From: Amoebidium appalachense
Lineage: Eukaryota; Protista; Ichthyosporea
Reading direction: 5' to 3'
Assembly: GCA_963693365.1 (NCBI GenBank)
Contig: CAVNZM010000003.1
Span: 5,641,758 to 5,705,757 of the forward strand
DNA: 64,000 nucleotides
The notes beneath the pieces were generated by a model, which saw nothing but the letters and a program-made list of their open reading frames with translations, had not been told where the DNA came from and did not search any database. A program made the translations under genes and the position numbers. Below, piece after piece: positions 1 to 41,599 of this stretch (position 1 is its first letter; each line of letters opens with the position of its first letter).

Positions 1-372
1 CTTTGTTTCGACAGCTAAGTCAAGAACGAACACGTTTGTTCCAAGCAGCAATCAAAAAACACATACCTCGAGTACATGCAAGGGAGGGATTGGGAACGAT
101 TGGGGGGGGGGGGGGGGGGGGGGGGGGGATGTACTCAATGCAACTTTTCCTTAGGTGGTTTGTTGCAGGTATGCTTAATAATCAGGAGGGTCTACAAGCA
201 AACACGGATGCAACACAGCCAAAAAAACGGGCAAAGCCCCCCTCTCCCCCCTCCCCCCCATTCTCCCCTCCTTCCTCCCCAAGCCCACCCTTTCCCCCTC
301 CCCTCCCCCCTCTACCCCACACACGCACACACATTAACAACCACAAAAAGGCACACACACACCCACACCCAC

Positions 373-1107
373 CGTCAGTCCGACCAGCGCCCGTCCCATG
401 ACCTCTTCCACCGTCTCCATTCGTGGCTCATACGACTGCGCCCAACCCCGGGCTTCTTCTATGTCTCGCACGCTTTCGCCCTCCCTCTTTTTACCCAATC
501 GGCTGGCGGCTGTGGTAACCTCCAGGCCCAATCGGTGCCCTTGGTTGCTGTCGACTAAACGACGCACAACTGGAAATAACCAAATTAGGGAACTGAATCA
601 AATTGGAATAAAAATGGGTGAAATGGTGGTGTGTGGGGGTTTGTGAGTGAATGTGAACATGTGTGTTTTAAACGGGTATGGAGATGTGCATATGACCAGT
701 ATTGAGATAGACGGTTGAACAAATATAGAGATACACACATTTAAATAAATACAAAGATATCTGTTTCAGCAACGATATATACGAAGCATATGGAGATATT
801 CATAATAACAAAAACGCCAATTAAGTAATCTTGACTCTACACGTTTCCGTGCACTGGAACGGAGGGGGGGAGAGGACGGGGGGATGTACTGAATAGGTGC
901 GTGTAAAAGCACACGTGTGTGCCTGGCTGTGCATGTGTGTGTGTGTTTGCTTGGTGTATGTTTACAAGCATGTGAGCAGGTGCACAAGGAGAGCTAGCGG
1001 CATAGTAACTGAGAGGTGCCTTTGTGCAGGGTGTGGGTGCGCGCGCGCGTGTGTGTGCATTTGTGTTGTGTGTGCATGTATATATATGTGTGTGTGTACG
1101 TGTGTGT

Positions 1108-1147
<40 letters not shown>

Positions 1148-4100
1148 GTGTCTGTGTGCGTGTGTGCGTGCGTGTGTGTGTGTGTGTGTCCATGTGTGCG
1201 TGTGGGTCTGTCCATGTGTGTCTGTGTGCGTGTGCTCCTGTGTCTGCGCATGTGTCTGTATGTCTCTCTGTGTGTGCATCTGTCTTTGTATAGGTGAATA
1301 GATGGAGAAAAAGGGGGGAGGGGGAGAAGACAGAGGGGAAGGGACGGAAGGGGAGAAGGGGAGAAGGGGGGGGGGGGGGGGGGGTTCAACTAAGAAAAAA
1401 AGAGGGTGTACAAGGTGTAAAACCCCACCTGGAGGGAATTTTCTCAACTCCTCCTTAGCACGTGCACTAGCAAAGCTCCCATGGCACGCCGCCTTTTTCT
1501 CCCACGTGTACGCACTGTGCAGGCCCACGGCACTAACTGGCTCACTAATGTCGTTCTGGAGTATTCCCTCGGCAAGGGGGTAGCCGTCACGGTTGACTAG
1601 GCCGTGCTTGGTGGCTGTATGAAGAGCGGGGAAGAGGGGGGAGGGGAAGGGGGGGGGGGGGGGGGGGTTGAGAGGAGGTTGATGGGAAGTTCTGGGGGGG
1701 AGGGGAGGGGGGTTAGGGGGAGAGGGGGTTAGAATGGGTTTAAGATTACGAGTAGGGGGATGGGGGGGGGGGGGATGCGGAGTGGGGGGAGGTTGGGGAG
1801 GAAGGGAAAGTGGGGGAGGGGAGGTTGAATTTGGTGCATTCTGAAGAGCCGGGGGGGGGGGGGGGAGGGGGAGGGGGGAGAGGGGGGGGGGAGGGAAAAG
1901 GAGTGGAGGGGAGGGGGGAGGGGGGGGGGGGGGGGGGGGAGGGTGAGGAGGGGAAAGGGAATGGTGGTGGTGGTGGGGGGGGGGGGGGGGGGGGGGGGAT
2001 GGGCTAGAATATGCTACAGAGTACGAGTATGCAATTGCGACTGAAAACATACTGCAGGGAGGGTGGAGTGGATGAGCACCCGCAAGGGCCGGTGGGGGGG
2101 AGGGGTGGGGGGGGAGACGAAGGTATGTGGGGAGGGGAAGCTGGAGGCAGGGAGAGGTGGAGAAAAGGAGAGAAAGGGGGAAGGGATTGAGGAGCAATTG
2201 GGGGGGGGGGGGGGGGGGGGGGGGGGAGGGGGGGGCAGTCGATGGTTGGGCGCTCCCGGAGAGGGGGGGGGGGGGGGGAGGGGGAGGGGGACGGGGGGAG
2301 GGGGGGGGGGGGGGGGGGAGGGACGTGAAATATAGCAAGTTCAGGGAACAGAATTGGACAAAAAAGAGCAGGAACCAGAAACAATGAAAACCCTGACACC
2401 CTTCCTTGCCACTGCCCTCCCCCCCCCCTCCCCCCCACCTCACCTCCCCCAAAAATCGCTTTCCCCCCTTGGAATGCTTTCTATCCACCCTCCCCTCTTC
2501 CTCAACCAGGCATATAGGCCTAGGCATTAGCTTACATTTTACCCCCCCCCCCCCCCCCCCCCCCTCACCCCCTCCCCCCCGGAGACAAAAGGGAAAAAAG
2601 GCAAGGAAAGCGAAGGGAACAAAGAAAATAAGAGAGCAAGGAAAAAAGAAAGGAAGTAAAGAGACAACACAACTGCACCTCCCCAATAAGCGCCCAATTT
2701 CAAAAAATGTTCCCCTTTACACCGCCCTTGTTGCCTTCACTTCACCACCGCTCATTCATTCACTTTTCCCAATCCTCCCCCCCCCCCCCCCCTCCCGCCC
2801 CCTCCCCCCTCCCCCTGCAGCGCAGAAAAGTGCCCACACACACGCGCACGCAAATATCTTCGGTCTTGCACAAATTGCTACTCTCCTCCCCTCTGCCCCC
2901 CCCCCCCCCCCCCCCTCCGTCCCCCCCTCCCACCAAAAAAGAAAGATCCACGGCTGAATGCCTCCCCTTCCCCCTCCCTCCCCCCCCCTTGCTACTTGCC
3001 ACCCATCCCCTCGCACCTAAACACACACACACATACACACGAACCACTCTCCTTAGTATATCTCCCCCCTCTCCCCCCCATCCCCCACCCACACCCTCAC
3101 CCCTCCCCTCCCCCTTTCCCCCCCCCCCTCAACCCCCCGCCCCACCCACCCACCCCCCGCCCTTCCCCTCCCCCCCCCCCCCCCCCCCCCACACACGCAC
3201 ACACACCCAGACACACACACATACCCTCTGCATCCTGCACTATCTGGTGCAGGTCTCCCACCAGCCCGGTCAGTGCGTTGAGGTCTCCTTTAACTGCTGT
3301 CGTGTTGTCTTCCAGGTCTGCTTTAAGCCGTACAGGATCCGTGGTGCTTGTGAGCTCCCTACAGGTATTGGTATGGGATGCGGGTGAAACTGGTGAGCGG
3401 ATGAGCGAAAAATACGCTCGTCCAAGTTTCTTGTGCCGAATCACCTAGTTCTAAGTGAGTCTAGACCAAACAAAGACACGAACAACAAACATGTGCTACG
3501 AAAACGAAGCAAACAAAAATGAAAAAATGTAGCAGTGTCAAGAAAACGAAGAGGGTGGGCAACGAGAGGAGGAGGGGGGGAAGGGGGGGGAGGGGGGAGG
3601 GGAGGAGGGGGGACACCAGAAGTCACAAGACCGAAATCCACCGAATTTCAAACCACATGCATCATAAAACACTTGAGCAGAGCTCATCATTTGAAAATAG
3701 CCGGGCTTCCACAAAAAGCACGTGTCTCTCCTGTCTCTTGTGCGCAGGCGGAGGGAAGGGGGCGGAAAGGGGGAGGGGGAGGGGGGAAGGGGGTGGAGAG
3801 GGCAGGGTGAAAGAGCGAGAAAGAGGGGGGGGGGGGGGGGGGGGGAGGGAGGGAGAAGAGAGAGTGAGAGAAAGAGGGGGCGGGAAGGGGAAAGAGGGGG
3901 AGGGAGGGGGGGGGGGGGGGGGAGAGAGAGCGAGAGGCGGGGGGGGGGGGGGGGGGAGAGAGAGAGGGAGGGAGGGAGGGAGGGAGGGAGGGAGGGAAGG
4001 AAGGAAGGAGAGAGGGGGGAAGGGAGGGAGGGAGGGAGGGAGGGAGGGAGGGAGGGGGGCATAGAAATAGAGTGTGTTTCAGAGCCAAATAATAAGGGAA

Positions 4101-4232
4101 GGGGAGTTACCTAAAGGTTCTTGGTACACCAGCACGCAGGGAATTTATCAAGTGTAGGGCTTGGTCAAGCTTGAGCAGTGACGCTAGAAGCTTGTCCTCC
4201 GCAGAGGGCCCATCGTTGTGTGTGTCGACCAT
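373..4232 (-). CDS. MED27: Mediator of RNA polymerase II transcription subunit 27-like (partial; 3' end presumably beyond window start)
   Basis: Exons 4232-4111, 3358-3225, 1614-1429 and 569-373 with GT-AG junctions and consistent phases (2,1,1). They give MVDTHNDGPSAEDKLLASLLKLDQALHLINSLRAGVPRTFRELT...DLEDNTTAVKGDLNALTGLV...GILQNDISEPVSAVGLHSAYTWEKKAACHGSFASA. This aligns by eye with the animal MED27 N-terminus (SQAISAIQALRSSVSRVF / FQDNLHSVNRDLNELERL / GLLSLD...QAYKWSNKLQYHAGLAS). The identity is recalled from memory, not searched. Confidence 0.7.
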
Positions 4233-5530
4233 TCTGATGTTTTGAATGCTAAAATACCGCCAAGAATGAATCGGTCACGTGGTGGTAAGGTGAACAGCGC
4301 AAAAGAAAACCCTATATCTAAGGTAAGACGTTACTCCCCCTGAATCGATAAACTCAACCGTGCTCACCCCCCTCCTTGCCAACTACAGGTGTTTTTCTGT
4401 CCCACCAACGTTCGTCAGGACATGCTATGATTGCGCCCATATTTTTGCGTTAAAGTTTGAAACAGCCAATCAAAAAGCTTGACGTTTATGATTGGGCGTC
4501 AGAATGCGCTGGAATGCAGATCTGGGGATCGGCTCTTCGAGAAGTTCGTAGAATTCTGGAACGACCAGGTGAGAGAGATGCTGAAAGCCTCTTCTTATGT
4601 ATAAATAAAATATTAATGTTGAACATAGCCGCTCATTGAAGTTGTGTGAAAATTATAATGCATATTTCTATGCCGAAAGGCTAGAGTTTGAGTATGCGCA
4701 GCATCGACCTTTTGGAACGACCATTCCACAAAAACAACTGCCAAATTGGGAAAAGAATTTGTGCGGATAAACAATTGGATGCTCGGTGGAGCCTCAGATC
4801 TTAGAGGGCTAGAAAATCATACACATATAGTAGCGCAATATTTCATAAATGGGCAGAAAAGCATGAAATATAGCTATTAAAAAGTTAATGATGCATGTAA
4901 GGCCATTTGAAAAGACTTTTTCTTATTAATGCTGCAAAAAAAATGAAGATTCAACTTGTATGTGGAGGAAGCTGAATGTTTTTATTGGCTCTCAATCACT
5001 TGCTGCCGGTGACCGGTTTTACACAACACACAGAGACCGCGACAATCGAATTTATAGTAAAACGAAGGCATCATAATTTGTTTTCCTAGGAACTCAGTAT
5101 AGCCATACACAGGGGAGGCTGGGATGCACAAGTTACAGTAGCAATAGAGCATGAGCGTGACTACAATAAGTTTCTGAGACTGTTTGTGAGAGTGTCTTCC
5201 TGCTGCTAGCGTTGAATCTTGAGCTTGTTTCTCGTTTTTCGATTCGGAGCGAGTCACTGAAAAGTAACTCTCGTATGGGCTTGGACATTTCCGGAAAGCA
5301 ACGCATTTGCTAGCTACAAAAGGGATATCTGAGGTGAGATTTAGTCCGGCGTGGTTCCTTCCTCTTAATGTTGCCCAAAGCCAGCAGCTTTTCGGCTCCT
5401 CGTTGCATGGGTGTGGCATAGATTCAAATTTATGGGCTAAGCCGGGCGAAGTATGCAGAAACGAGGCACTTGTATTATTTCTGTGTTACGCGCACACAAA
5501 CTAATTGGAAACATTACAGAACTCAAGGCC
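4233..5530. promoter_or_regulatory. Divergent (head-to-head) promoter region between MED27-like and NDUFV1
   Basis: The start codons at 4232 (-) and 5531 (+) face away from each other across about 1.3 kb that is free of microsatellites. CCAAT/ATTGG boxes occur at about 4467 and 4490. Confidence 0.5.
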
Positions 5531-17874
<12,344 letters not shown>

Positions 17875-18475
17875 AAATAGATGCATGGCCTAAATATAGA
17901 TAAGGTGACAAGTGTTCGTGAAACATACGTGATTGTGTCTTGAAGGGGGGGGGGGGGGGGGGGGGGGGTACGTTATGCTTGCCTGTCGTCTATTACAGAC
18001 TGTTTACAGTAAGTGTTCTGATGTTTTCTTAAAATAGTATCCTAAATAACGGTCTCGCTCTTCTCTCCACCCAAGTTCGGTGCTCTCTGAGTCATAGCTT
18101 ATTGGTTGCACACGTTAGGAAATGGCAGTTTTTCTGATATTCTTTCCCTTGACCATGTTCTAGTGTACTACTAGATTACATATCTTATTGTTCTTGTGAT
18201 GTACCCATGATTATTCCTGCTCTAGTATTAGCAAATTCAAAACCCTAAAACTCTCGGTGAAAAATATAAATCTGGGACTGGTATGAGTGGTTGACTGGTT
18301 GGTTAGACTTTCTCATCCACCCGCTATGTATAATTGTAGCATTTCAGCCCTATATGCATGACTTGTGCCCGGAGAACTTCAGGTAAACAAAATATATAAA
18401 CTAAAGTTTTTAAAGTTTCAATGTTTGTGTGGCTGGAGTGTACTTCGAATTCATTGCAGATATGTGCTTACCCGG

Positions 18476-18508
<33 letters not shown>

Positions 18509-19717
18509 CAGAACCCTCGCCCACAAACACACTCCTACATACACCTACCGTGACACCCACACAGCATACACTGTTTTCATGTTAAACACAGACGTATACC
18601 TACACACAGACACACACACACACACACACACACAGGCAGGCCAGGGCAGGCAGGGGAAAAGGTTTTGAAAAGGTGTATAACATTCCTACTTTTTTATATT
18701 AATTTATAACAGGTTTTTTTTGAATGGATGCCATTTTGGCTCTAATTTCCATAGTATTATAATCTTTGTACGATGTGCACACATTCGGCATGAGCCTGTA
18801 CCCCCCCCCCTCCCCCCCCCCCCCCCCCAAACAAACAAACAAACAAACAAACAAACAAACAAACAAACAAACAAAAAAAAAAAAAAAACCCCACAACAAC
18901 AACAACAACATCAAAACCCACCAATCCACCCCCAACACACGCACCCACCTATCCACCCACCCACCCACCACCATTACCACCACCACCATCATCCCAGGCT
19001 GCTCTGTCCACCAAAGCCCGATATCCTTGATGTTCCCTCCCTCAGCTGGCCTCTGTCTACTGATTATGACTAGGGCGAACACACGTGTACACAGAAAAAG
19101 CACGCGCTGTGATTACTCACTGCACGCACACATGCAAGTGCATGGGGTAAGGGTCGAACGGAGACTCCGAGCCCGCCCATACCACAAGAAGCAAAAATAT
19201 GCCTCAACCACGATCACCATATTTTAGTTTACCACCCACATAGACGTGGGTTACGTACGTGGGTTGGAAGAGTAATATTTTATTCCCAATTTTTATCGAC
19301 TTATAGCATGTACAACCTATTCCTACTTCTTTAGCTGATTTATTAACAACCTTTGATTTCGATTTATTAATACGAAAAAGAAAAAAAAAGATAAAAAAAA
19401 GCAAACTTTGAAAAAAAATGATTTCAAATAAAAGCAAGGATAATCGATATCAATACGACGTTTTGTGGTGCAATTTTTGGTGCATGCTATTTTACCTAAC
19501 ACATTAAATTTTCAGAGTAGAGAGTCCACACACTGAATGCATACTCATTATTGCCGTCGCGCATGCATGCTCATATGCTAGCCGGTCCACACTCTGGCCC
19601 AGTGTACACGTATACTGTGCCACGCGCATACATGTATGAATTTGCAAACACTTCCCTCGGAAAAGGATTCAAGGGGTCGGGGTGAGTGGTGGTGGTGGTG
19701 GTGGTGGTGGTGGTGGT

Positions 19718-19751
<34 letters not shown>

Positions 19752-19963
19752 GGGGTAAGAATAATTTCGTTCAATACGGGACGACCGTGAAACTGTGAGA
19801 TTCTTCTTTTGAGGAGAGGAGGATGAGGGGAAGGGGGAGGAGGACTCTCCATACATTGGATCGAAAAATGGAGGAGGAGGGGGGAGAGGGGGGAGGGGGG
19901 GGGGGGGGGGGGGGGGGGGGGAGGGGGGGACGTGGTGGTGGTGGTGGTGGTGGTGGTGGTGAA

Positions 19964-20009
<46 letters not shown>

Positions 20010-21027
20010 GCAGCAACGCAAGATAACGATTTCATCATACGCCCGAGGAACCTAAACATTCTTCTTTGTTTTGGGCAGTACGATCTGTGTGTAGGCGGAA
20101 GACGGTAAGCTTCCCCGAGGCAGTGCCTCGCCGGGAGTGAAACGGGATAAAGTTAAAAAAATTCTTTGTTTTGGGCGGGTGGGTGTTTGGTGGTGATGGT
20201 GGTGGTGGGGAGGGAGGGAGGGGGAGAGGGGCGGGGGAGTGGGAGGGGGGTGTGGGGATATGTATACATGAGAGGAATGGAAACATGGAGGAGGAGGAGC
20301 ATAGAGCCGGGAGGGGGCCGGGGGGGGGGGAGGAGGGATATAGCCGATGAAGATAACAAATGCCCGAAGAATGAAAACCTTGAGATTCTAGACCCTGGCC
20401 CAATTTACATTTCACTTTAAAGTTTGAAATGAGCGACTCCTGTAGTATACTCACTGTCGCACGATTTCTTTTTAATTCACGTTATTGATTGGACGAGCAC
20501 ACTAAATTTTGCACCACACTCTCTTGTGGCCATAACACAAGCGCCGGTAGCCAGATACCGCTGGTGTTCATTATTTCTTAATCGCGTGCAAACACAACAC
20601 CGTGTGTATTCAAAATTTCACACCAGTACCCGCCTGTACCCCCACTGGCAGGTAGAATGATATGAATGTATAGTATCCTTGTGTAGTTGAATCATTCTGC
20701 ATGGGGTTATAGGGCTTACCATAGGCAGAGGGTAGCCTCTGTGGTGTGAGATGTGAAACGGAAGGGAAAAAAAAATAAAAAAAATTGCACTCAATGATCA
20801 TCGCTACTACATAATCCATCCCCATCCAACATGTTATCAGTGTAATTTCATATATTTTCCCAGAGAAAAAAACGCAAATATATCAGTATATCAGTGTTCA
20901 ACCACAACAACCAAAAAAAAACAATGTCAAACTTCATACACAATGGGAAACCAGCACCGCGTGTGTACTGATTATTTCCAGGCGAACCACCTAACCACAT
21001 GAAAGCCTATATATAAACTTCTAAATT

Positions 21028-24000
21028 TTAAACTTGCATATCATTGGACGCGTTAAAAAAATCCAGCACCGTTCCCTGGTCCATTGCCTGGCACCCGGCC
21101 AGAAACTGCCACCTTGGCTTCTGGGCCCATCCATTGTACCAGTGCACAACTTGTTGCTTTTGCTGTTGGTATGCGGCTTCATCGGGCGATGAGTAGTCAA
21201 GATTGGGCGCAGGTTTCTCGCGTAGCTGCGTGTGGATTTGATTGGCGGTTAGTATTGACTTGGGTTTAATGTGCATGTAAACGGTGTGATTCGATTGAAA
21301 GGTATTATTAGTTGGGTTTGGTGTAACGGCATGCACACACAATGCTCATACGTGTGCATGTGCTTAGAAAGTGCATGCGCACCCACAGCGAGACACCAAC
21401 ACAAGTGCGTGCATGATACAACAGACAGAGACAAACAGGCACGCACGCGCGCACACACAACTGAAGGAAAACATGCCGCACATGGCAAGCACTTGTGGAG
21501 AAACTAACGCAAAAGAGCTCATCCAACTTGCCTACCCCCCTACCCCCCCTCCCCCCCCCCCCCCCCCTCTGGCACGCATAAAGCACCTCTAGCACTGCCT
21601 TCCCCTCCACACCATTCCCCTACTTCTCGCCCATCCCTTCCCCTATCCCCCCCTCCCCCCCCCTCTCTTCCCCTCCCCCCTCCCCTCCCCCCCCCCCCCC
21701 CCAAAGTATTGTACATGCACGTGCACGCAATTGCAACGGCATCTAACGACACATTACGTGAACCTGCACAAGTTTATTCGACCTCACAATACGTGTATGC
21801 GTACTGCTCACTCTCCCTTGCCCTCCTCCTCCCTCCCTCCCCCCCCCCCCCCCCCCCCCCTCCCCCCCACACACACACCCAAAAAAAGAAAGAAAAGAAA
21901 AGAAAAGAAAAAAAAAAGCTCTCTTTACCCACACCTCGCACGTTGAACACACCCAACACATCAAGACAAACTCGCATGTACATGAGCATCCAAATTTGCT
22001 CCATGCATGCACCAAGGTGCACACCCTTCACACACACACACACACACATCCACACACCCTTCACACACACACACACATCCACACACCCTTCACACACACA
22101 CACATCCACACACCCTTCACACACACACACACATCCACACACCCTTCACACACACACACACACCCACACACCCTTCACACACACACACACATCCACACAT
22201 CCTTCACACACACACACACACCCTTCACACACACACACACATCCACACACCCTTCACACACATACACACATCCACACACCATTCACACACACACACACAC
22301 ATCCACACACCCTTCACACACACACACACACATCCACACACCCTTCACACACACACACACATCCACACACCCTTCACACACACACACACATCCACACACC
22401 CTTCACACACACACACACATCCACACACCCTTCACACACACACACACATCCACACACCCTTCACACACACACACACATCCACACACCCTTCACACACACA
22501 CACACACATCCACACACCCTTCACACACACACACACATCCACACACCCTTCACACACACACACACATCCACACACCCTTCACACACACACACACATCCAC
22601 ACACCCCTCACACACACACACATCCACACACCCTTCACACACACACACACATCCACACACCCTTCAAACACACACACACACACACACATCCACACACCCT
22701 TCACACACACACACACATCCACACACCCTTCACACACACACACACACATCCACACACCCTTCACACACACACACACACATCCACACACCCTTCACACACA
22801 CACACACACATCCACACACCCTTCACACACACACACACATCCACACACCCTTCACACACACACACACATCCACACACCCTTCACACACACACACACATCC
22901 ACACACCCTTCACACACACACACACATCCACACACCCTTCACACACACACACACACATCCACACACCCTTCACACACACACACACATCCACGCACCCTTC
23001 ACACACACACACACACATTCACACACCCTTCACACACACACACACACATCCACACACCCTTCACACACACACACACACATCCACACACCCTTCACACACA
23101 CACACACATCCACATACCCTTCACACACACACACACATCCACACACCCTTCACACACACACACACACCCACACACCCTTCACACACACACACACATCCAC
23201 ACACCCTTCACACACACACACACACATCCACACACCCTTCACACACACACACACACATCCACACACCCTTCACACACACACACACACATCCACACAACCT
23301 TCACACACACACACACATCCACACACCCTTCACACACACACACACATCCACACACCCTTCACACACCTCCCCCCCCCCCCCCCCCTCCTCCCCCTCCCCC
23401 CCCCCCCACACACTACACCTGCACGTGCACACACCTGCATGCCCGACAGTAGTGCCGTCAGTTCATCCTGTTCTGCCTCCGTCACTGTGTGTGTTGGGTC
23501 CCCCTCAGAGAGCAGTTGGCCAAAAAGGCGCTTGCGCTGCGACACCTCCCACATGTCAAACCAGATCCTGTAGAACCATATTAGGAACTACGCCTTATAA
23601 AGAAGGTATAAAGATGTATATAACTGCGATGTTACTCTCTCCCCCCCCCCCCCCCCCCCCCCCCAAAACCCACCCACCCACCCACGCCACATGTACATAC
23701 AGACACATTCACATCACCTTTTTTTTTTTTGAACCATGAACTCAAAGTAGGGCACATGTTATGCCAAGAAGCAGTATTTCTTACGCATCAGCAACCAAAA
23801 AGCAGCTCTTTGTGAGAGTGAGGGGGCGGGCGGGCGGCCAGGGGAAAGGGGGGGAGAGGGGGGGGGGGGTGAGGCGGGGGCCGACAGTGCTGAGAAAAAG
23901 GGTAATCTGTAGGCAGAGGAACAAGGAGCGGAATACGACGGGAGGGAAGAAGACGCAAGAAAACAAAACTTGTTTTGTGGGGAAGAAGACTTACAAAAAC

Positions 24001-24734
24001 CGGTGGGAGGGAGGGAGGGGGAGGGGGACGGGTTGGGGAGGGGGAGACAGAGCGAGAGGGAGAGGGAGGGAGAGAGGGAAGGCGGAGGCCGGGGGGGGGG
24101 GGGGGGGGGGGGGGGGAGGAAGGGAGGGACTAAGGGAGGGAAGGAAAGAGGAAGATCTGGGAGCAAGGAGGTGGAGGAAGATGGGTGGGTGGGTGGGGGG
24201 AGGGGGGAAGGCAGATTCTAGAGGGGAGGCACAAGCTAAACCGGCGGAAAGGGGGGGCGGAGGGGGGGGGGGGGGGGGGGGGGGGGGAGGGTGGTATAAA
24301 GAAAAAGGTAAAGCGATGCGCCCTCCTTAAATGCACTCACATTCGAAAACTTCACTAAAGACACATTTCCCAGTTTTAAAGTCTGGCGACACTCAAGCAA
24401 ACAACAATGGGCATGGCAGACACACGGAGGTACACGGGAAGGGGGGGGGGGGGGGGGGGGGGGGGGAAGGGGGGGGGGAGGGGGGGGGGGAAGCACTTGT
24501 TTTAGCTATCCACCTACACGGCCCATGATAACAAAAAAAAGGAGCACATCTGGTGCAAAACCACAGAAAGAGACCAGAGAAAGGGGGAAAAAAAGGTGGG
24601 GAAACAGACCATGATGCAGCAATCTGCTGGTTGGGGTCTAACAAGTCAAGGTCGGCCGGCTGCCACACAACGAGTTCGGCAACCATGCGCTCAAACTCCC
24701 TGAGGGGCCCGTCACCTAGACCACCGTCTCCCAT
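21028..24734 (-). CDS. DUF4508 / C14orf119-like uncharacterised protein, 3 exons, 151 aa
   Basis: Exons 24734-24610, 23567-23435 and 21225-21028, GT-AG, phases 2 and 0, total 456 nt. The protein ...WIWFDMWEVSQRKRLFGQLL...ELTALLSGMQL...YQQQKQQVVHWYNGWAQKPRWQFL...MDQGTVLDFF matches the twice-repeated W-F-x-x-W-x-x-x-x-R-x-x-F pattern recalled for human C14orf119. Confidence 0.75.
22021..23366. repeat. Compound CA-based minisatellite, unit about 28-32 bp (CACACCCTT(CA)nCATC), about 45 copies
   Basis: Directly visible. It lies in intron 2 of the DUF4508-like gene, and unit length varies only by the number of CA dinucleotides. Confidence 0.9.
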
Positions 24735-25129
24735 CTTTAATGTTCCTTCAAGGCTCGTTGCCTGTATGATCCTAACTTCGTGATGTTATGCTCTTCTTGA
24801 CTCTTTTTTTGAAGGTATTATCGAGGTGTGTTGCTGTTACGTCTGGTGTACAGTGTTCGGTTGGTTGGGATGGCTGAAACGGATGCGCGCTACAAACGTT
24901 AGCGGAGATGGTGTCAGTTTTTACGTCAGACCAGGGTATAACTTAATAAAACTCAAGCAGAATCGATAGTGAGTTCGGTTGCTACCAATCAGAGCCAGCC
25001 GTATAATTAGTCTGCTGAAATGCCTCTAGCGCACAGTCATCAACCATGTCAGTGTCTAAATCACTATATAGTCTTTCTCTCTCGTCAACCCTTTCCCTAT
25101 TTCCCTCCCTCCCTCTCTCTCCCTCTCTC

Positions 25130-25187
<58 letters not shown>

Positions 25188-25857
25188 GATGACGTCACTG
25201 CATTATCAGTTTATTAAACGTTTGATTGGTCGCCAGATCTATTGTTCTTTGATTGGTTAACGCTTTTGGCAACGGGTCCCCCAAAACTTTTCGCTTGGGC
25301 TTTCGAAACTCAGCGAGAGCGGCGATCCGATAACCACTACCCTGTTGTCTGAATGAATTCTCATTCCGTCTCTCCCTCTTTCCTGCGGTCACCGTGTGGC
25401 ACACGTGAGCATAAGAAAATGTGTGGGAACTCTCTCTATTTTACTTTCTTTCTCTCTCTCAGGCTCTGACGACTCCGAGTGACCGACTCATGCCATGGGC
25501 CGTCAGTCGTCACGGGAAAATTGGAAATTTCAGCCGTTGAAATTTTAAGTGTAAACACGTGACTTGAAAACGAAGCCTCTCTAAACTCATGTATAAATGT
25601 GTACAGGTTCTAAAATATATATGTTTCTGAAAAATGCTTTTCTGCTGTTTTTCAGAGTGTGCTAACTCCTCCGAGACTCCACTGGAGAATCGTAAATACA
25701 CCCACTATATTTGAGGTGTTGGGGGATTTTAGCAGTTGGTCAGCAAGCCCGCCGTTCCGGAGAGAACAAACGATAAAAACCTAAAACGAAGGTTGGAAAG
25801 TGGTGAAGGGAAGTTTAAAAAGGGCGTCGCCTGGTTGTTGAGAGAACACACGAAAAA
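24735..25857. promoter_or_regulatory. Divergent promoter region between the DUF4508-like and RRM genes
   Basis: The start codons at 24734 (-) and 25858 (+) are about 1.1 kb apart. TGACGTCA (CRE-like) occurs at about 25190 and ATTGG boxes at about 25225 and 25253. Confidence 0.45.
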
Positions 25858-39251
<13,394 letters not shown>

Positions 39252-39986
39252 CCAGGTGTGTTAGTTGTGTTCGTTGAGGCAAGAAAATAAGAAAATAGGA
39301 AAATATAGTGAACATGTGAGTAAAATACCTTTGCAATGCAATGGGAAATGGGTTGGATGTTGGTTTCAGTGCCAGTGTACGTGTTGGTTTACGCAAGGAA
39401 ACGATGAGATTTTGAGTGAAATGGGGTTCCAGAAATGAAGCTGTCGGGAATTATAATGTTGTAGTGTGCAGCTACAAAGGGCATATGATCCGTATGTACG
39501 TTGCATTGCCATGGCCCAAGTTGGTTGGCGTGCTGTTGATAGCGTGTGTCACGCTTGCAATTATTAACGGTTTGTGAGATTGAATTTATATCTACTTTGT
39601 AAAAAAATGAGAGATCCGGAGGCCAACAAGAAAGTGTGGTTAGTGAAAACGCGATAGTTATGAATCAGGTGTCTGTTTGGGTATCTTGGGAGGGTTTAGT
39701 GAGAGAAATATCCTTATTGGCTTAGCCGAGTGCGATGTTTGACAACCCTTGTAGGTAGACTTGAAAATGTGTCAGGCCAGAATATATCTGTGAGAGTCCA
39801 AAATAGCAGTGTATGAAGTGGTAATATTGATAGATGTGGGTTCAGCGCACAGAAACATCCAACCACACACATATTGGCACCCCTAACTCGCGTGTTAACA
39901 TCAACTTAAGTGATTGACGTGCAAGCACAAGCACGCGTTGAGCCTTGCACAGACATGTACACGTACGTGCGTGGCACATACTCTAC

Positions 39987-41599
<1,613 letters not shown>

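Noticed and set aside
2001-2056. Possible micro-exon of the MED27-like gene
   Set aside because: The flanking exons already join in phase, and the segment matches the poly(C)-associated repeat end instead.
3359-3444. Longer version of MED27 exon 2 starting at 3444, and a possible exon near 3680-3730
   Set aside because: Joining exon 1 (phase 2) to 3444 gives an immediate stop. The acceptor at 3359-3360 restores frame and MED27 colinearity without extra exons.
18990-19075. Possible isolated exon between NDUFV1 and the DUF4508-like gene
   Set aside because: It is short, has no recognisable motif and has no phase-compatible partner exons on either strand.
21709-23739. His/Thr-rich ORFs of 480-680 aa
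   Set aside because: These are translations of the CA minisatellite within an intron of the opposite-strand gene.
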